Origin: Octopus bimaculoides | Taxonomy: Eukaryota | Direction: 5' to 3' | Assembly (NCBI RefSeq): GCF_001194135.2 | Contig: NC_068999.1 | Coordinates: 37,525,963-37,589,962, forward strand | DNA length: 64,000 bases | Shown here: piece after piece, positions 27,782 to 40,940 of the stretch | Layout of the letters: each line of letters starts with the position of its first letter | Numbering within the stretch: position 1 is the stretch's first letter | Notes under the pieces: model-generated | The model's database searches: none | Told to the model about the DNA's origin: nothing | What the model saw: only the letters and a program-made list of their open reading frames with translations | Made by a program: the position numbers and the translations under genes

Positions 27782-28110
27782 GGTATATATATATAAAAAC
27801 ATATAGTTTATATTCATATAAAAGAAGAGAAAGAAAATGGAGATTGGGAAGTTAATGGTTCAGTCTGCTATAATGAATCCATAAACACATATAAAACATC
27901 CAAAAGTATATTTTTTCCCCTCTGAAAATATTATGATCAGGACATGAATTTAATGTTTACTTAATATTTACTGAGTATTAATTGAAACAGCTGTAAGTGA
28001 AGATGATTAATTTGCTGTTAATAATAAACTGTTATTATCTTCCCAATCTCCATTTTCCTTTGCTTCTTTTATATAAATTTAATCTATGTTTATATATATA
28101 TATATATACC
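27782..28110. repeat. Foldback/MITE-like element with ~75-bp inverted arms
   Basis: 27817-27856 versus the reverse complement of 28034-28073 match at 36/40 positions; similarity extends outward to GGTATATA...TATATACC. Confidence 0.75.
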
Positions 28111-29199
28111 CATATATATTACACATTTATAAAAATTCAATTAACGGTTAAGAACTTCATTAAAGGATAATCAAATCCAATGAATATATTGGTTTATTAC
28201 CTATTACAAAAAGTATTCGATATTATTACATTTAATATTTAACTTTAACGTAATTGGATAAACCGGGGTTTGGGCGCGATGAAGAACCAGCTCTGCTAAA
28301 AATAATAGTCAAAAATACTCCGAAGCCACAAAAATTAACACTAGATTTTCTCAGGCGTGGTTGGAAAAACCAAGTGAATAAGGATTGCGTCTGACCTCTG
28401 CAAAATTGCACGATGAAATACCAGTTAACCTGGTATCATGCTTTTGAAGTTAGCGCCAAAAGCACTTAATTCTCTTCGGCCAAGTCTACTCATAACAAAC
28501 CTATATTGACTAATGAAATGCACAAATTCAGAAACACACACTCGCACCTTAAGCATCAACGCATACACAAGACTATGCGCGCGCGCACACACATTTGTAT
28601 TAAAATATCCGTACATATCTATTTGTGCTTGTATACCAAAATGATTCTCGACTAATGACACCCTGATTTATTTTAGTCAGGAAGTTATATTGTTTTGTTT
28701 TCTTTAATCAAAGGAATTATGAATCAATCCAAAGAAACCAACAACCCGAATAACAGCAACAAGAACATCTACATCAACCAATCAAACAACAACAAGAACA
28801 AAAATTCTAACTCTATGAAACTAACCTAAAAGCCAACAATAAGAAAACGGAATGAGCGATTTAAGATAAGAAGAAGGAAACAAAACAGAAATGGTTTTTA
28901 AAAATTGAGTTTGACAAAAATTTAGCAAAAATACAAGAAAATATTTAAAAGGAAGTTAGATTAAAAAAAAAAGATGAAATTAAGCAAAAATAAACAAATA
29001 AAGTAAAATAAAGAAAAAAGAAGAAATTTGTAGAAAAATCTGGAAAGATAATTTTATTAGGTTTCGAAATCGATATTTTTGGTTTGACAATGTTTCCGGA
29101 GGTCAAATGTTTTAAATATATTGTTTTATATTTTGTTAATAAGAACTTATTTGATTCCTATCGATTGACTGATTAATTGATCGATTGATCTGCAGAAGT

Positions 29200-29229
29200 T
29201 TTGAAGAAGTCAACAACATCGACAACGAC

Positions 29230-29300
<71 letters not shown>

Positions 29301-29535
29301 GATCATCATCATCATCATCATCATCAAAAACAACAACAAAAGCAGCAATAATTCAGAAGACACCGACGATAACAACAACAGCAACACCAACAACGACAAC
29401 GACGACGACGACGAAGACGATGACAGCAAAGAGAACAACATCAACAAGAATAATATCGCCATCATGATTATTATCAATAATATCGACAAAAGCATCGATG
29501 ATAACATTAATACCGACAACTGATAACAACAATAA

Positions 29536-29588
<53 letters not shown>

Positions 29589-29712
29589 ACGACAGGAACA
29601 ATAATATCAACAATCACAATAGAAACATAATGGCAACAAAAATAATCATTAACTACAGCGACAACAGAAAATATCATCATCATCATCATCCTCACCCTCA
29701 TCCCCATCCTCC

Positions 29713-29748
<36 letters not shown>

Positions 29749-29830
29749 GCAGCAGCAGCAGCAGTAACAGCAGCTGTAAACGAATAATAAAACTGCATGA
29801 GCAATAAAACCGACAAAACAACATAACAAC
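29200..29830 (+). repeat. Compound trinucleotide array (CAA/AAT/CAT/GAC/CAG)
   Basis: Read directly; gives poly-N/I/S/Q ORFs that close with stops. Confidence 0.95.
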
Positions 29831-30313
29831 AACGACGGCAACAACTTAATCGCTATTAACGTTCATTAAATGTCACCACTTCCGGTTAACGTCCATCTTG
29901 AATTGGTGTTTGGATAGAAAATATATTACGTGCTCATTCACACCTTTTACTCAGCAACACCGACGAATGAATCCAGAGAAAGAATAGCATTTCACTGCCG
30001 TTAATATTATGGAAGCGAAAGCGTTGAAGGAAGCTGCTGGGATTCCTCTTGGTTAACAGATTGAAAGAAGCCTTGCTTTACTATGGAAAATAGATACAGG
30101 TAATATATACGTATATATATATATATATATACTTATGCATGTATATACATATATATGGTGTTATATACATATATGCGTGTGTGTGTGCACGTATACATTC
30201 ATACACACACGCGCATATATGAGTGATGAAGCAGAAGAAAGTAGCGCTCAGCATACTTGGTTGGAGTATAAGTAATGGGAAGCGGATTCAAACTGTTATT
30301 AAACAAATACACA

Positions 30314-30344
<31 letters not shown>

Positions 30345-30609
30345 GCACGTGCATGCATACCCATGCATACATAGATACATATATATGTGTGATAGAGTAT
30401 ATATATGTATATGCCTGCATATGTATACACACACGCAAACATATGTATGTTAGAATGAAAATTTCCCAGAGAAGCGAAGTACGAGAAAAGATGTTTATTC
30501 CATCAGTGGAATTGGTGGCAATTTCTGACATAAGTGACAATGTTTCTCAGTGACGTGTTAGGATTTCAACTCAGAGACAAGGCAGATACGACAAACCATC
30601 CCATTCGGT

Positions 30610-30790
30610 GCTCTACCAATTCCATCAATCCATCGCTCCCGACTGGCATGATTTCCTTTTTTTCAAATCGAACCGAAAGGATGAAAGACATAGTTAACCT
30701 CGGTGAGATTTGAACTTAGTGCTCAGAAAATCAGAATAAATACCACAAAACATTCTAGCCAACAGTTTAACAACTTTACCTACTCGCTGC
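30610..30790 (-). mobile_element. SINE family A copy
   Basis: cgaaaggatgaaagacatagttaacctcggtgagatttgaacttag...ataccacaaaacatt...ctactcgctgc. Confidence 0.7.
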
Positions 30791-31029
30791 TTTAAACACA
30801 AAGAAAGTGTTTTAATAATACATTTGCGACTGAGGAAAATCTATAGTATGGTTCAAACGCTATGGTTTGGGATAGGATTGGATTAGACCAATGTGTCGGG
30901 CCAAAGTTATCCAGTCAGTGTCACACCGACCAGCTTTTAGGAACCACTCGTTCTGCTTTTGATTGGTCTCCGTTTAAAAATAATGCTTTTGTAGGATAAC
31001 AAAACAAAGAAAAAAAAAACGAGAGTCCA

Positions 31030-31290
31030 TTGAATATTTCCTGCAGCAGAAAAACGTCCATGTAAAATTGTGGCCAGCCATCAGTGTAAATTAAAACCCC
31101 TCAAAACATTTCGAAGACTAACTTGGAATGTACTTGGACGCCATTAGCTTCGACCTAGCATAACTATGAAAACTGGTGAAAGCTATCGAGGTGTCGATAC
31201 CTATCCCCAGAGATCGAATCCATCAACCGATAATTGTTCATGCATGGCAGATGGCGTCATCAATGTAAATAATGGTCACATCTATAACTG
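31030..31290 (+). pseudogene. Tc1-like transposase C-terminal remnant
   Basis: EYFLQQKNVHVKLWPAISVN*NPSKHFED*LG...IPRDRI...GVINVNNGHIYN* is colinear with the Tc1 motif FLQQ.NV..L.WPA.SPDLNPIEHLWD.LG...IP...I...AVI.ANGGHT.Y*. Confidence 0.6.
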
Positions 31291-31970
31291 ATCTTCGTAA
31301 TCCAATCTTCGTAATCCAATTACAGGATTCCGTGACATAAAATCCCCAGACTCCTTTACTACAATTCTGGTCACATTTTCGCACTTTCTCTGAGATCGAT
31401 TACTTGAGGTCTGATGAAATTTTCGTAAGATATACGCAGAGAAAATAAATAAATAAAATATAAATAAAAAAATATGCCCGAAATTTAGCGGATTGTTTTG
31501 TATTTTTGATATTCTGGAAGTCGGTTGCATTGACATTATTGTATCTTATACACCGTGTCGTGTAACATGTCATTATATATCTGCAAACATTCACACACTG
31601 TCTTCTTCTTCTCTCTCTCTCTCTCACAAATTTCTCGTCGTAAGCACACAAACAAAGATACACACTCGCACATACAATATACATGCACACATACATCATG
31701 CATACGCACAGGCACAAACATAGAAACATGCAAACACAGATGCACACCTCCATACATGTTTGGCGCAGGTGCAGTAATATCAGTGTAGCAACAACAAGAT
31801 AATGCGTTCTGTTATGGGATTGATATCCAAGACATTGTCCTTTCTCAATACCACACACGTGAAAACACACACACACACAACACACGTACGCGCGCGCACA
31901 CACACACAATCAAAATCAGCGAATGGAAATTTTAATATGTTGCTTTACGAAACACGAATGACAGGACAAG

Positions 31971-32020
<50 letters not shown>

Positions 32021-32757
32021 GCACACATATACGTATACACATATATGCACACATATATATACGCACATACATATACATATATGCATATATATATATATAC
32101 ATAAATGTATCTATCTAGATATATGTTTGTGTGTGTATATATATGTGTGTATGTATATATATATATATATATATGTATAGATATACATATATGGATGTAT
32201 GTATATGTACACAGAGACAGATATGCTGAGGCACGCAGACACGTATATGTGCATAGGAAAAATGCATAATAATTGCAAACTATGTTTCTCTTGTATAATT
32301 CTATAATTCCGTTCATGTTTCATAAATCAATTTGGTAATTGGTTTCTTTAATGTGAAATATTTTAACTGTAAATTAATGAGAGCGAAAGGCAAAGTGGAG
32401 AATATGAAGTTCAACTTGGCATTTGTACTCTGTGGCCTTCATTACCTTTTTCCTACATTTAATGAATACAACTAGATTTAAGTTGCTTTGTTTTTGGGTT
32501 TTGGAAAATTAGGCACGCTTACGCTTGTATAGTGATAATACACACACACGCACTCACGCACGCGGGAGTGTGCGTGTGTATATGTGTATGCATATATGTA
32601 TGGAAATATACATATATGAAAATATATATGTATGGAAATATATATACATCTATATTTATATATATATACAAATATATATATATATACATATTTATATATA
32701 TATAAACATACATATATATATATATATATATATATGTACAGACATACATATGTGAGT

Positions 32758-32803
<46 letters not shown>

Positions 32804-33004
32804 CATACACACAAATTCACACACATACATAGACATGTTTACATATACTGGCGTATATATGAATTCATATGGACATACACACGCACCTGTTCAAGCATGT
32901 ACACACATTGTTTATACATAAGTATTGATATAATTCAATATTTTTTATGAAAAATATTCATTAAGCTGGGCCCTAAATTCTCATTAATAAATTTCTACTT
33001 TCAG

Positions 33005-33420
33005 GCAGTACAGGAAAACAAAAGACGAAGACAGGTGTATAAACAACAAACAGCGGTATTAGTTTAACGCTCGGGCAGGTGGAAAAGTCTTTTACGTTTC
33101 GAGCCTACGCTCTTCAACAGAGAGGAACACAGAAAATAAATAGGGAGAGAATAAAAAAAAAAGCTTCAGGTGCTAGCGGTCAATCATGGCGGCTGGCTAG
33201 ACAGAGGTAGTTAGACTGGAGAGCTCGTAAGAAGGGGAGATAATAAAGTATTGGCGATCCCAAAACGAAGGTGCGCGTGAGTATGTATACAAGAGTATGT
33301 AAGTGTGTGCGTGTGGATAGGGGCTGGTGACCTTGACGTGTGGATGTGTGCGGGCGTAAGTCTGTGCGTCTGTAATGTGTGCGTGTGTGGATGATGGTGT
33401 GAGTGCTAGAAAATGGTCAG
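33005..33420 (-). mobile_element. Penelope-type terminal repeat (pLTR)-like sequence
   Basis: Contains the acgtttcgagcctacgctcttcaacag hammerhead-type motif typical of PLE pLTRs; no ORF; truncated by a gap. Confidence 0.55.
33089..33124 (-). ncRNA. Minimal type I hammerhead-ribozyme-like motif with variant core
   Basis: Minus strand reads CUCU-CUGUUGA-A-GAGC(GUAG)GCUC-GAA-ACGU-A-AAAG: perfect 4-bp stem II, palindromic ACGU stem III, GUA cleavage triplet, stem I 3/4 paired; core position 6 is U instead of A. Confidence 0.6.
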
Positions 33421-33632
33421 TAGTNNNNNNNNNNNNNNNNNNNNNNNNNNNNNNNNNNNNNNNNNNNNNNNNNNNNNNNNNNNNNNNNNNNNNNNNNNNN
33501 NNNNNNNNNNNNNNNNNNNNNNNNNNNNNNNNNNNNNNNNNNNNNNNNNNNNNNNNNNNNNNNNNNNNNNNNNNNNNNNNNNNNNNNNNNNNNNNNNNNN
33601 NNNNNNNNNNNNNNNNNNNNNNNNNNNNNNNN

Positions 33633-33830
33633 GTGTTGGGGTGTGTGGATGCGAGGGTAGGGTATGTGGGAGTGTCATGTGTGGGTAGGGGTGGGGTATG
33701 TGGGAGTGTGATGTGTGGGTAGGGGTGGGGTATGTGGGAGTGAGATGTGTGGGAGTGGGATGTGTGGGTGTGGTGGGATGTGGGATGTGGGATGTGGTGG
33801 TGTTGGGATGTGTAGGGGTGGAGTGTGGAT
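33633..33830 (+). repeat. G-rich minisatellite (34-bp unit, ~2.7 copies, then GGGATGT-like repeats)
   Basis: ggtatgtgggagtgt(c/g)atgtgtgggtaggggtgg at 33661 and 33695, partial copy at 33729. Confidence 0.85.
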
Positions 33831-33839
33831 AGATAAACA

Positions 33840-35220
33840 GTGTATCTAGCTTTGTGTACATCTTTGTCTACATTCCTCACCTCATCACCTTTACATAATA
33901 CCATACTCTGATATTTAGTTTTCCCTCAGTTTTTTCGTTGAAATTCTGTTCTTTCTCTATTTATTACTTCTATTTCTTGCCCTTCAAATTTACTAATTAT
34001 TCTGAAAGTGGAAAATATTTTTGGGTGGTATTAATGAATCGCAGTTATTATATTAGTTACTTTTTATCTTTTACTGGAGTTGTTAATGTCAGATATTAAA
34101 TATTTCATAATAATTTTCTTTTAAGACCATTTCTATTAAGTGTTCATGGTAAAAACAAGCTTTTAGTGTCAATAAATTCGTCGTTATCTTCCACTATTCT
34201 CGTATTCATATAACATCATGCTGACAATACTGTAGCAGTAGCTTAGAACTGGAATAACTAATTTTTTTTTCTACCTATTCCATTGATTTTAAAATTTACT
34301 TCAGTATATAAGAATGTGTTTATAATTTTCTTTCATTTCTCCATGTAAGTCGTTGTGTTTCTTCACTAAACAAGTATTTATTCTAATTATCTTATCTCTG
34401 TTTCTTTATCTAACTTAATATTACTGTTTTCTCTTCTATTAATTGGCCTGTCTTCAAGATTGCCTTGGCGCAGATTCGTCCAAACCGATTTCCATGCCAG
34501 TTTTCTCACTCAATCTGTGCAGCATATATATCAATGGTTCCAATTATTTGTCATCTGCAGTAGAGCTCCAAGCCATTCCATTCATCAGAGATGGTCGATT
34601 GTTATCTCGATCCATATCCGTATTGTGTCTTTTAAATACGTTAGCACCAGACAGAAAAGGAGCGGCGAAAAAGGAGTCTCGTGAGAACATCTCTCATCTA
34701 ATAAGAATCGTTTACGTTTCTATAATCATTTTTCTTTTGCTTTGCATCTATAAATTTGTTTTTCATTTATTTGTGGCATGCATGACGTAACTTGCTTGTT
34801 ATTGGTGTTATCTTACTCTTGGCTAATGTTTTCGCAATTCACCAGAGGGAGCCACTGTCAAAAGATTTCTTGTAATCAATTTATTATATTCCTTTTCCAC
34901 CTAAATGTCCTCAGTTATGGCTTTGTTGATCAATAACTGATCTTTACAGCCATAACCTCAGCCTTTACAACGGTACTTCTGCAACTCTGCGCCGGTTTTG
35001 GTTATTTTCTTGCGTCACGGGAAGCAGAAAATACATTTTCTCTTACTAATACTGCATAGGCTTTCTATACTGCAGGTTAGATCAATTGTTGTGTCTGTTG
35101 CTTTGAGGTGTTTGCTCTTTTGTCAGTTCGTACCGTTTCCCATGTTTCATTTTGGGCAAGATTAATCTGTTACAGATTAACATTGTCAATAAAAACTTCT
35201 CTATAATATTTATATATATC
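33840..35220 (-). mobile_element. R4/Dong-clade LINE reverse transcriptase region, heavily decayed
   Basis: Colinear minus-strand motifs GCKDQLLINKAITED, DYKKSFDS, F.RDSFSPLLFCLVL, a HL..M.. (YMDD-region) remnant, GMEIGLD, IKLDKETEI and IPVLSYC. Confidence 0.75.
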
Positions 35221-35579
35221 ACAACATCACAATGTTCCATAAGGTACAATACAATTACAATATAACGAGCCGTAACAAAATATACAGGATTGTCCAGCGC
35301 CTCACTTTATCTTAAACATTATCACAACACCAAACCAGTTTCGTGTTCCGCTTAACAACCTCATAATGCAAAACATCACAACATTCAATGTCTCGATAAA
35401 CGGCCACCTCATAATATAAAACTACAACACACTTCAATATATCCTCACTATCACAAACGCCCTCATCACCACCATCATCACCATAACAATCAACATAATC
35501 ACCACAACCACCACCACTTCACCACGATGACCACCAATCCACTACGACGACGACCACCACCATTGTCGCAGTCGTCATC

Positions 35580-35830
35580 ATGAGGGCCGTTTAGCGAAAC
35601 AGGTTTCTCTTCTACAGTAAACCTCCATTTTGTCCGCTGCTTTTCTTTGCCCTTGGATCCACGGCATGCCTGTCAGCTTCCGTTGATTTTAACCGATCCC
35701 TCTAAGATGATCTTCTGGTGTTGCAATTATTTTATCTCCTCCAGTCTTCCGTTCAGCGCTTGCCTTGAAGAACCATTATGCCATATCCATCTTTTCACTT
35801 CTCGTCACTGAACCCCACTTCAGTTTTCAA
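35580..35830 (-). mobile_element. Possible LINE (RTE-like) 3' end ending in (GAT)n
   Basis: Coding-like GC content; ...RQALNGRL...KWRFTVE... followed by gatgacgac repeats; weak motif match. Confidence 0.3.
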
Positions 35831-36065
35831 CTGGTACTTTATTATTTGTTGAACTCGGCAAAATTTGAACATCCGTAACGTCCGTAACGGTAAAGAATGC
35901 CACCATTTATTCTGTATATTACAAATTGCTCGCATTCATACTTAAAGAGGCTCAAGGAAAGAAATTCAAACAGGAAAGACAGAGCGAGAAGAGGTAGAGA
36001 AAGCAGTGTAAGTTTGGCGAGGATCCGATGTTATTCCATGAAACTAAACAAGCCATCATGATGAC

Positions 36066-36164
<99 letters not shown>

Positions 36165-36921
36165 TATACACACACATACACACTCAGACACACATACATT
36201 CATACATACATACATACATACATATATACATATACACGTGTGGGATATATTTCATCCTCATGTCTGTTGCATTTAGTCTTCAAAATAAAGGTTAAAACAC
36301 AAAACTAAATAACTAAATAACTAAATAAAGAAAACAAATAAATAAATAAATGACTACTTGTAAGACATTCGTCTTGTTCAAACCAATTTTCAGAAAATAA
36401 CACAATATGTTTACTTATTGCTTTCAAATTATCCAAGAAAAAATTTACTTAAACAAACAATCTTAAAGCTAAGGAAACATATTGCTTTACAATTCTTGTG
36501 GCGGACGTTCAGATTATACACAGTATATATCTAGAAATATACTGATTTATGCATACATACATACATACATACACACATACATACATACATACATACATAC
36601 ATACATACATACATACATAATCCCATACACAAAGGATACGTACGGCATGTGTGCATAAATACAGGCATAGTAATTTACATATACGTTACATATACGTTAT
36701 ACACAAGCATGTATATATCCATAAACACGGAGAAGTGTGCATTTATACATTCAATACACATTTCAAGTTTTAAGCAGTATAGAAAAGCACATACATACAA
36801 ATTTATGAGCATATACATACATAAATACATAGATAGACATATGTATGTATATATATGTATATATATGTATGCATCTATCTATGTGTGTCTCTCTCTCTAT
36901 ATATATATATATGAGTGTGTG

Positions 36922-36975
<54 letters not shown>

Positions 36976-37076
36976 AAATCCCTAGAATACACTTGCCCAA
37001 TGTGCCACACAGTGGGACTGAACCTGGAACCATGCGGTTCGTAAGCAAGCTACTTACAACACAGCCACTCCTACAC

Positions 37077-37078
<2 letters not shown>
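36976..37078 (-). mobile_element. SINE family B head and CORE-like part
   Basis: Reverse complement reads gagtggctgtgttgtaagtagcttgcttacgaaccgcatggttccaggttcagtcccactgtgtggcacattgggcaagtgtattcta. Confidence 0.85.
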
Positions 37079-37132
<54 letters not shown>

Positions 37133-37637
37133 CGCACATACACATATATACATATATATACGTATGTATGTGTACACCACAAACATACTAATATATAAAC
37201 ACGTAGATAGAATTCATACATATTGTCAGATGTAGAGAGACAGATCCGCGCACACAGCACGCGCGCGCGCTGGCACATAAATTTAATATTTCTTCCGCGC
37301 ACTCATTTGTAGCAAAAGTCTACAAAGAAATGCGAAACGACTTCTTACAGATTTCTCTGTCTGATTCTCTTCCCCCCTCTCAGTCGCACTCTCTCTCTCT
37401 CTCTCTCTCCGTATACACATATGCACACACACCATACGCATACACGCACCATTGCACGTGCATATGTGAGCGTGTTTGCGCCTGTGTTTACATACATATG
37501 TGCATGTACACATACACAATAACAATCACTCACATATACATCTAGACATATGTGCATAATGACGCATATATACATCGGCATACACCTGTGTGCGTGTGCG
37601 TGCGTGCGTGTCTTTCCGTCTCTGTGCGCGTATATGC

Positions 37638-37684
<47 letters not shown>

Positions 37685-37843
37685 ATATATGTATACGTAT
37701 ATGTAAATATATGTGTACATACATATATACATACATACGTGCACATAAAAACGCACTCACGTTTATACATACATACATACATACATACACAAACACAAAC
37801 ACATACACAAATATGCATATATGTATGCAGTTATGTATGTATG

Positions 37844-37901
<58 letters not shown>

Positions 37902-38587
37902 TGTGTGTGTGTACAGAGTTGTCTCCATAGACTAACAAACATGTTATACATAAACGTATGCAAATAGATATCCATATGCAAACCAAACTAATTTCACCAT
38001 TCCACAGAAATCAAGAATTACTGAAACGGAATAAGGAATTCAGTGATTAGCATTACCAAAATAAAAACAACAATAAAAGATAGAAAGAATGCAGCAGCGA
38101 AGAAAGCGAAGAAAGCGATTCTGTGTTGATGACAGGCAGCCAAAGATTGTCTCTGTTGATGTGATTATTCTTCTTGTTGTCGCACATGTTGTGTTGGTGC
38201 AACATTAAAACGGAATATTTGTTGCAAGGAATGATTGTGTGATACACAAAATTAAAACGTTGAAGATTAAAACATTAGATTTGAGCGAAAGAGAAGCAAA
38301 ATGGAGAATCAATAATAATGATAAAAAATAAAAAAAATAGGAGGGAACAAAAAAAAAAACAAACGAAATTGATGAAAAAGAAAACTTTGATAATGATTTG
38401 AATTTTGTGGAAGGTTTTTGATAGATTGTGTGAATTTGGTGCGGATACTTATCAAGCTTGCACGAATATCAACGGAGAAAATGCAAAACACCATATACGT
38501 ACATGCACACACACGTACATCCATCCATCTATCCATCCATCCATCCATCCATCCATCCATCCATCCATCCATATACATACACACACG

Positions 38588-38622
<35 letters not shown>

Positions 38623-39386
38623 NNNNNNNNNNNNNNNNNNNNNNNNNNNNNNNNNNNNNNNNNNNNNNNNNNNNNNNNNNNNNNNNNNNNNNNNNNNNNN
38701 NNNNNNNNNNNNNNNNNNNNNNNNNNNNNNNNNNNNNNNNNNNNNNNNNNNNNNNNNNNNNNNNNNNNNNNNNNNNNNNNNNNNNNNNNNNNNNNNNNNN
38801 NNNNNNNNNNNNNNNNNNNNNNNNNNNNNNNNNNNNNNNNNNNNNNNNNNNNNNNNNNNNNNNNNNNNNNNNNNNNNNNNNNNNNNNNNNNNNNNNNNNN
38901 NNNNNNNNNNNNNNNNNNNNNNNNNNNNNNNNNNNNNNNNNNNNNNNNNNNNNNNNNNNNNNNNNNNNNNNNNNNNNNNNNNNNNNNNNNNNNNNNNNNN
39001 NNNNNNNNNNNNNNNNNNNNNNNNNNNNNNNNNNNNNNNNNNNNNNNNNNNNNNNNNNNNNNNNNNNNNNNNNNNNNNNNNNNNNNNNNNNNNNNNNNNN
39101 NNNNNNNNNNNNNNNNNNNNNNNNNNNNNNNNNNNNNNNNNNNNNNNNNNNNNNNNNNNNNNNNNNNNNNNNNNNNNNNNNNNNNNNNNNNNNNNNNNNN
39201 NNNNNNNNNNNNNNNNNNNNNNNNNNNNNNNNNNNNNNNNNNNNNNNNNNNNNNNNNNNNNNNNNNNNNNNNNNNNNNNNNNNNNNNNNNNNNNNNNNNN
39301 NNNNNNNNNNNNNNNNNNNNNNNNNNNNNNNNNNNNNNNNNNNNNNNNNNNNNNNNNNNNNNNNNNNNNNNNNNNNNNNNNNNNNN

Positions 39387-40350
39387 TACTTCAATGTGAA
39401 GGTGTCCAGCACCCTTGTCACAGTTTCCTTCATGTTTTCAATGTCTTCAAAACGACTGCCAGCTTAGAGAACAACCGACAAGCCACAGAGTGTAAGGTGT
39501 GGACTGTGATGGAGAGTGAGGGGCAGTTTTGATGCGCATCTCTTTGATGCAACTAGTTAATAACAAGCAAAGCTATGCGCACTGGTGCGTTATCTTAGTG
39601 CGCTCACCACCAACCCGAACGGAAGAGTTCTGACATTTTGTGATTAAATCTTTTCGTGAACTTCCTCAAAACCTCCACAAAGTACTCTCTTCTTCGTTGA
39701 CCGTTATGCCAGAGGGAACCCTGTGCATGTGGCTGAGGTCCTTGCTGTCGAACGAAAGGGGATCGTCATGAGCTTCCTGGTGGACTTGCTTTGTCTGGCC
39801 TTCTTGTGTCTGGGGGAGCCATGATGCTTCTGTTTGGCTCCCAGTCTCTTGGTTGCAGGATGTTAACACTAGATCTAGCTTTCACTACAAATCATCAGAG
39901 ACTCAAGCACACTTGCATTCGAGATAATGAGCTCAAACATCTCCCAACGCTTACCAATGTATCTTTTCTTCTGTTCATCACTGAGAACCCAAGGAACAAA
40001 CTGCACGAATTTTGCTTCTGTTTAGATCTTCATGCATAATTCTGCGAACAGTCGCTACACCAACTCAAAATTTATTGTCTTTACAGACCCACGACGGTCT
40101 TCATCTAGAAAATTACGCTTTATCTCAACCAATTCTGTGGTTCTAACGTCTTGATCCCTCCTATATCTCTCATCAACTCTCATCTTTAACCTCTTGTGGC
40201 AGCCAAAAACGGTGACTCGCTTCATAAAAGTTAATCCAAGATCAGTGTGGAGTGTTTCATAATTTTCTGTAACGTTTTTGCCGTTTTGGTACAAAAATGT
40301 ATTGCATAACCAGCTTCCAAATTGTCTTCGCGACCCGACAGCTGACAATC
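39387..40350 (-). pseudogene. mariner-family transposase pseudogene (3' end runs into a gap)
   Basis: Colinear motifs FLYQNGKNVTENYETL..., FVPWVLSDEQK, LMICSES*I*C*HPATKR (VTCDESW), FDSKD..H..VPSG.TVN, PELFRSG...DNAPV, KTAPHSP, RFEDIENMKETVTRVLDT; multiple stops and frameshifts. Confidence 0.85.
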
Positions 40351-40899
40351 ATACGCAATATTTGAAAGATACCTTTTTGTATTGCAGCAACGAAAACCAA
40401 CAACAGCAACACATACAACTTTCGACTCGATGGCTTAGATGAAGAAGATTTAGTAGAACTTGTGTTTTGTCACCATATTTTTTCAATAGATTTCTCTAGT
40501 TTACCGAGAACTAAATTCTGACCAGCAAAAGACTGACCTAATAACTGATGACTTTCACTATACAAACCAAACGCGTGTGTGTATATATACGTATACACAC
40601 ACATACGCACACATATACATACAACCATACGTATATACATACATACATACATATATATATATATGTAGATACATATTCACACATATATTTATACATGTCT
40701 ACGTGCATAAATACTTGATGCTTATACACACGCACACATACACATAAATATGTATGTATATATTTATATATAAATATATGTGCATAGAGACATACACATA
40801 TGCGTGTATATATGTATATATGTATATGTTTGTATTTTCGTTGATATGTACATACAAATATGCAACCTTATACATCCATATGTGCATGTTTATAAGTGC

Positions 40900-40940
<41 letters not shown>

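Noticed and set aside
27745-28260. NUMT or contaminant (AT-rich contig start)
   Set aside because: No recognisable mitochondrial gene, rRNA or tRNA motif
29498-29767. His/Pro/Gln-rich transcription-factor-like ORF
   Set aside because: It lies wholly within a compound triplet array, closes with a stop right after the poly-Q and has no splice or domain support
31388-31430. CTGATGA...GAAA as a second hammerhead
   Set aside because: No stem II or stem III can form
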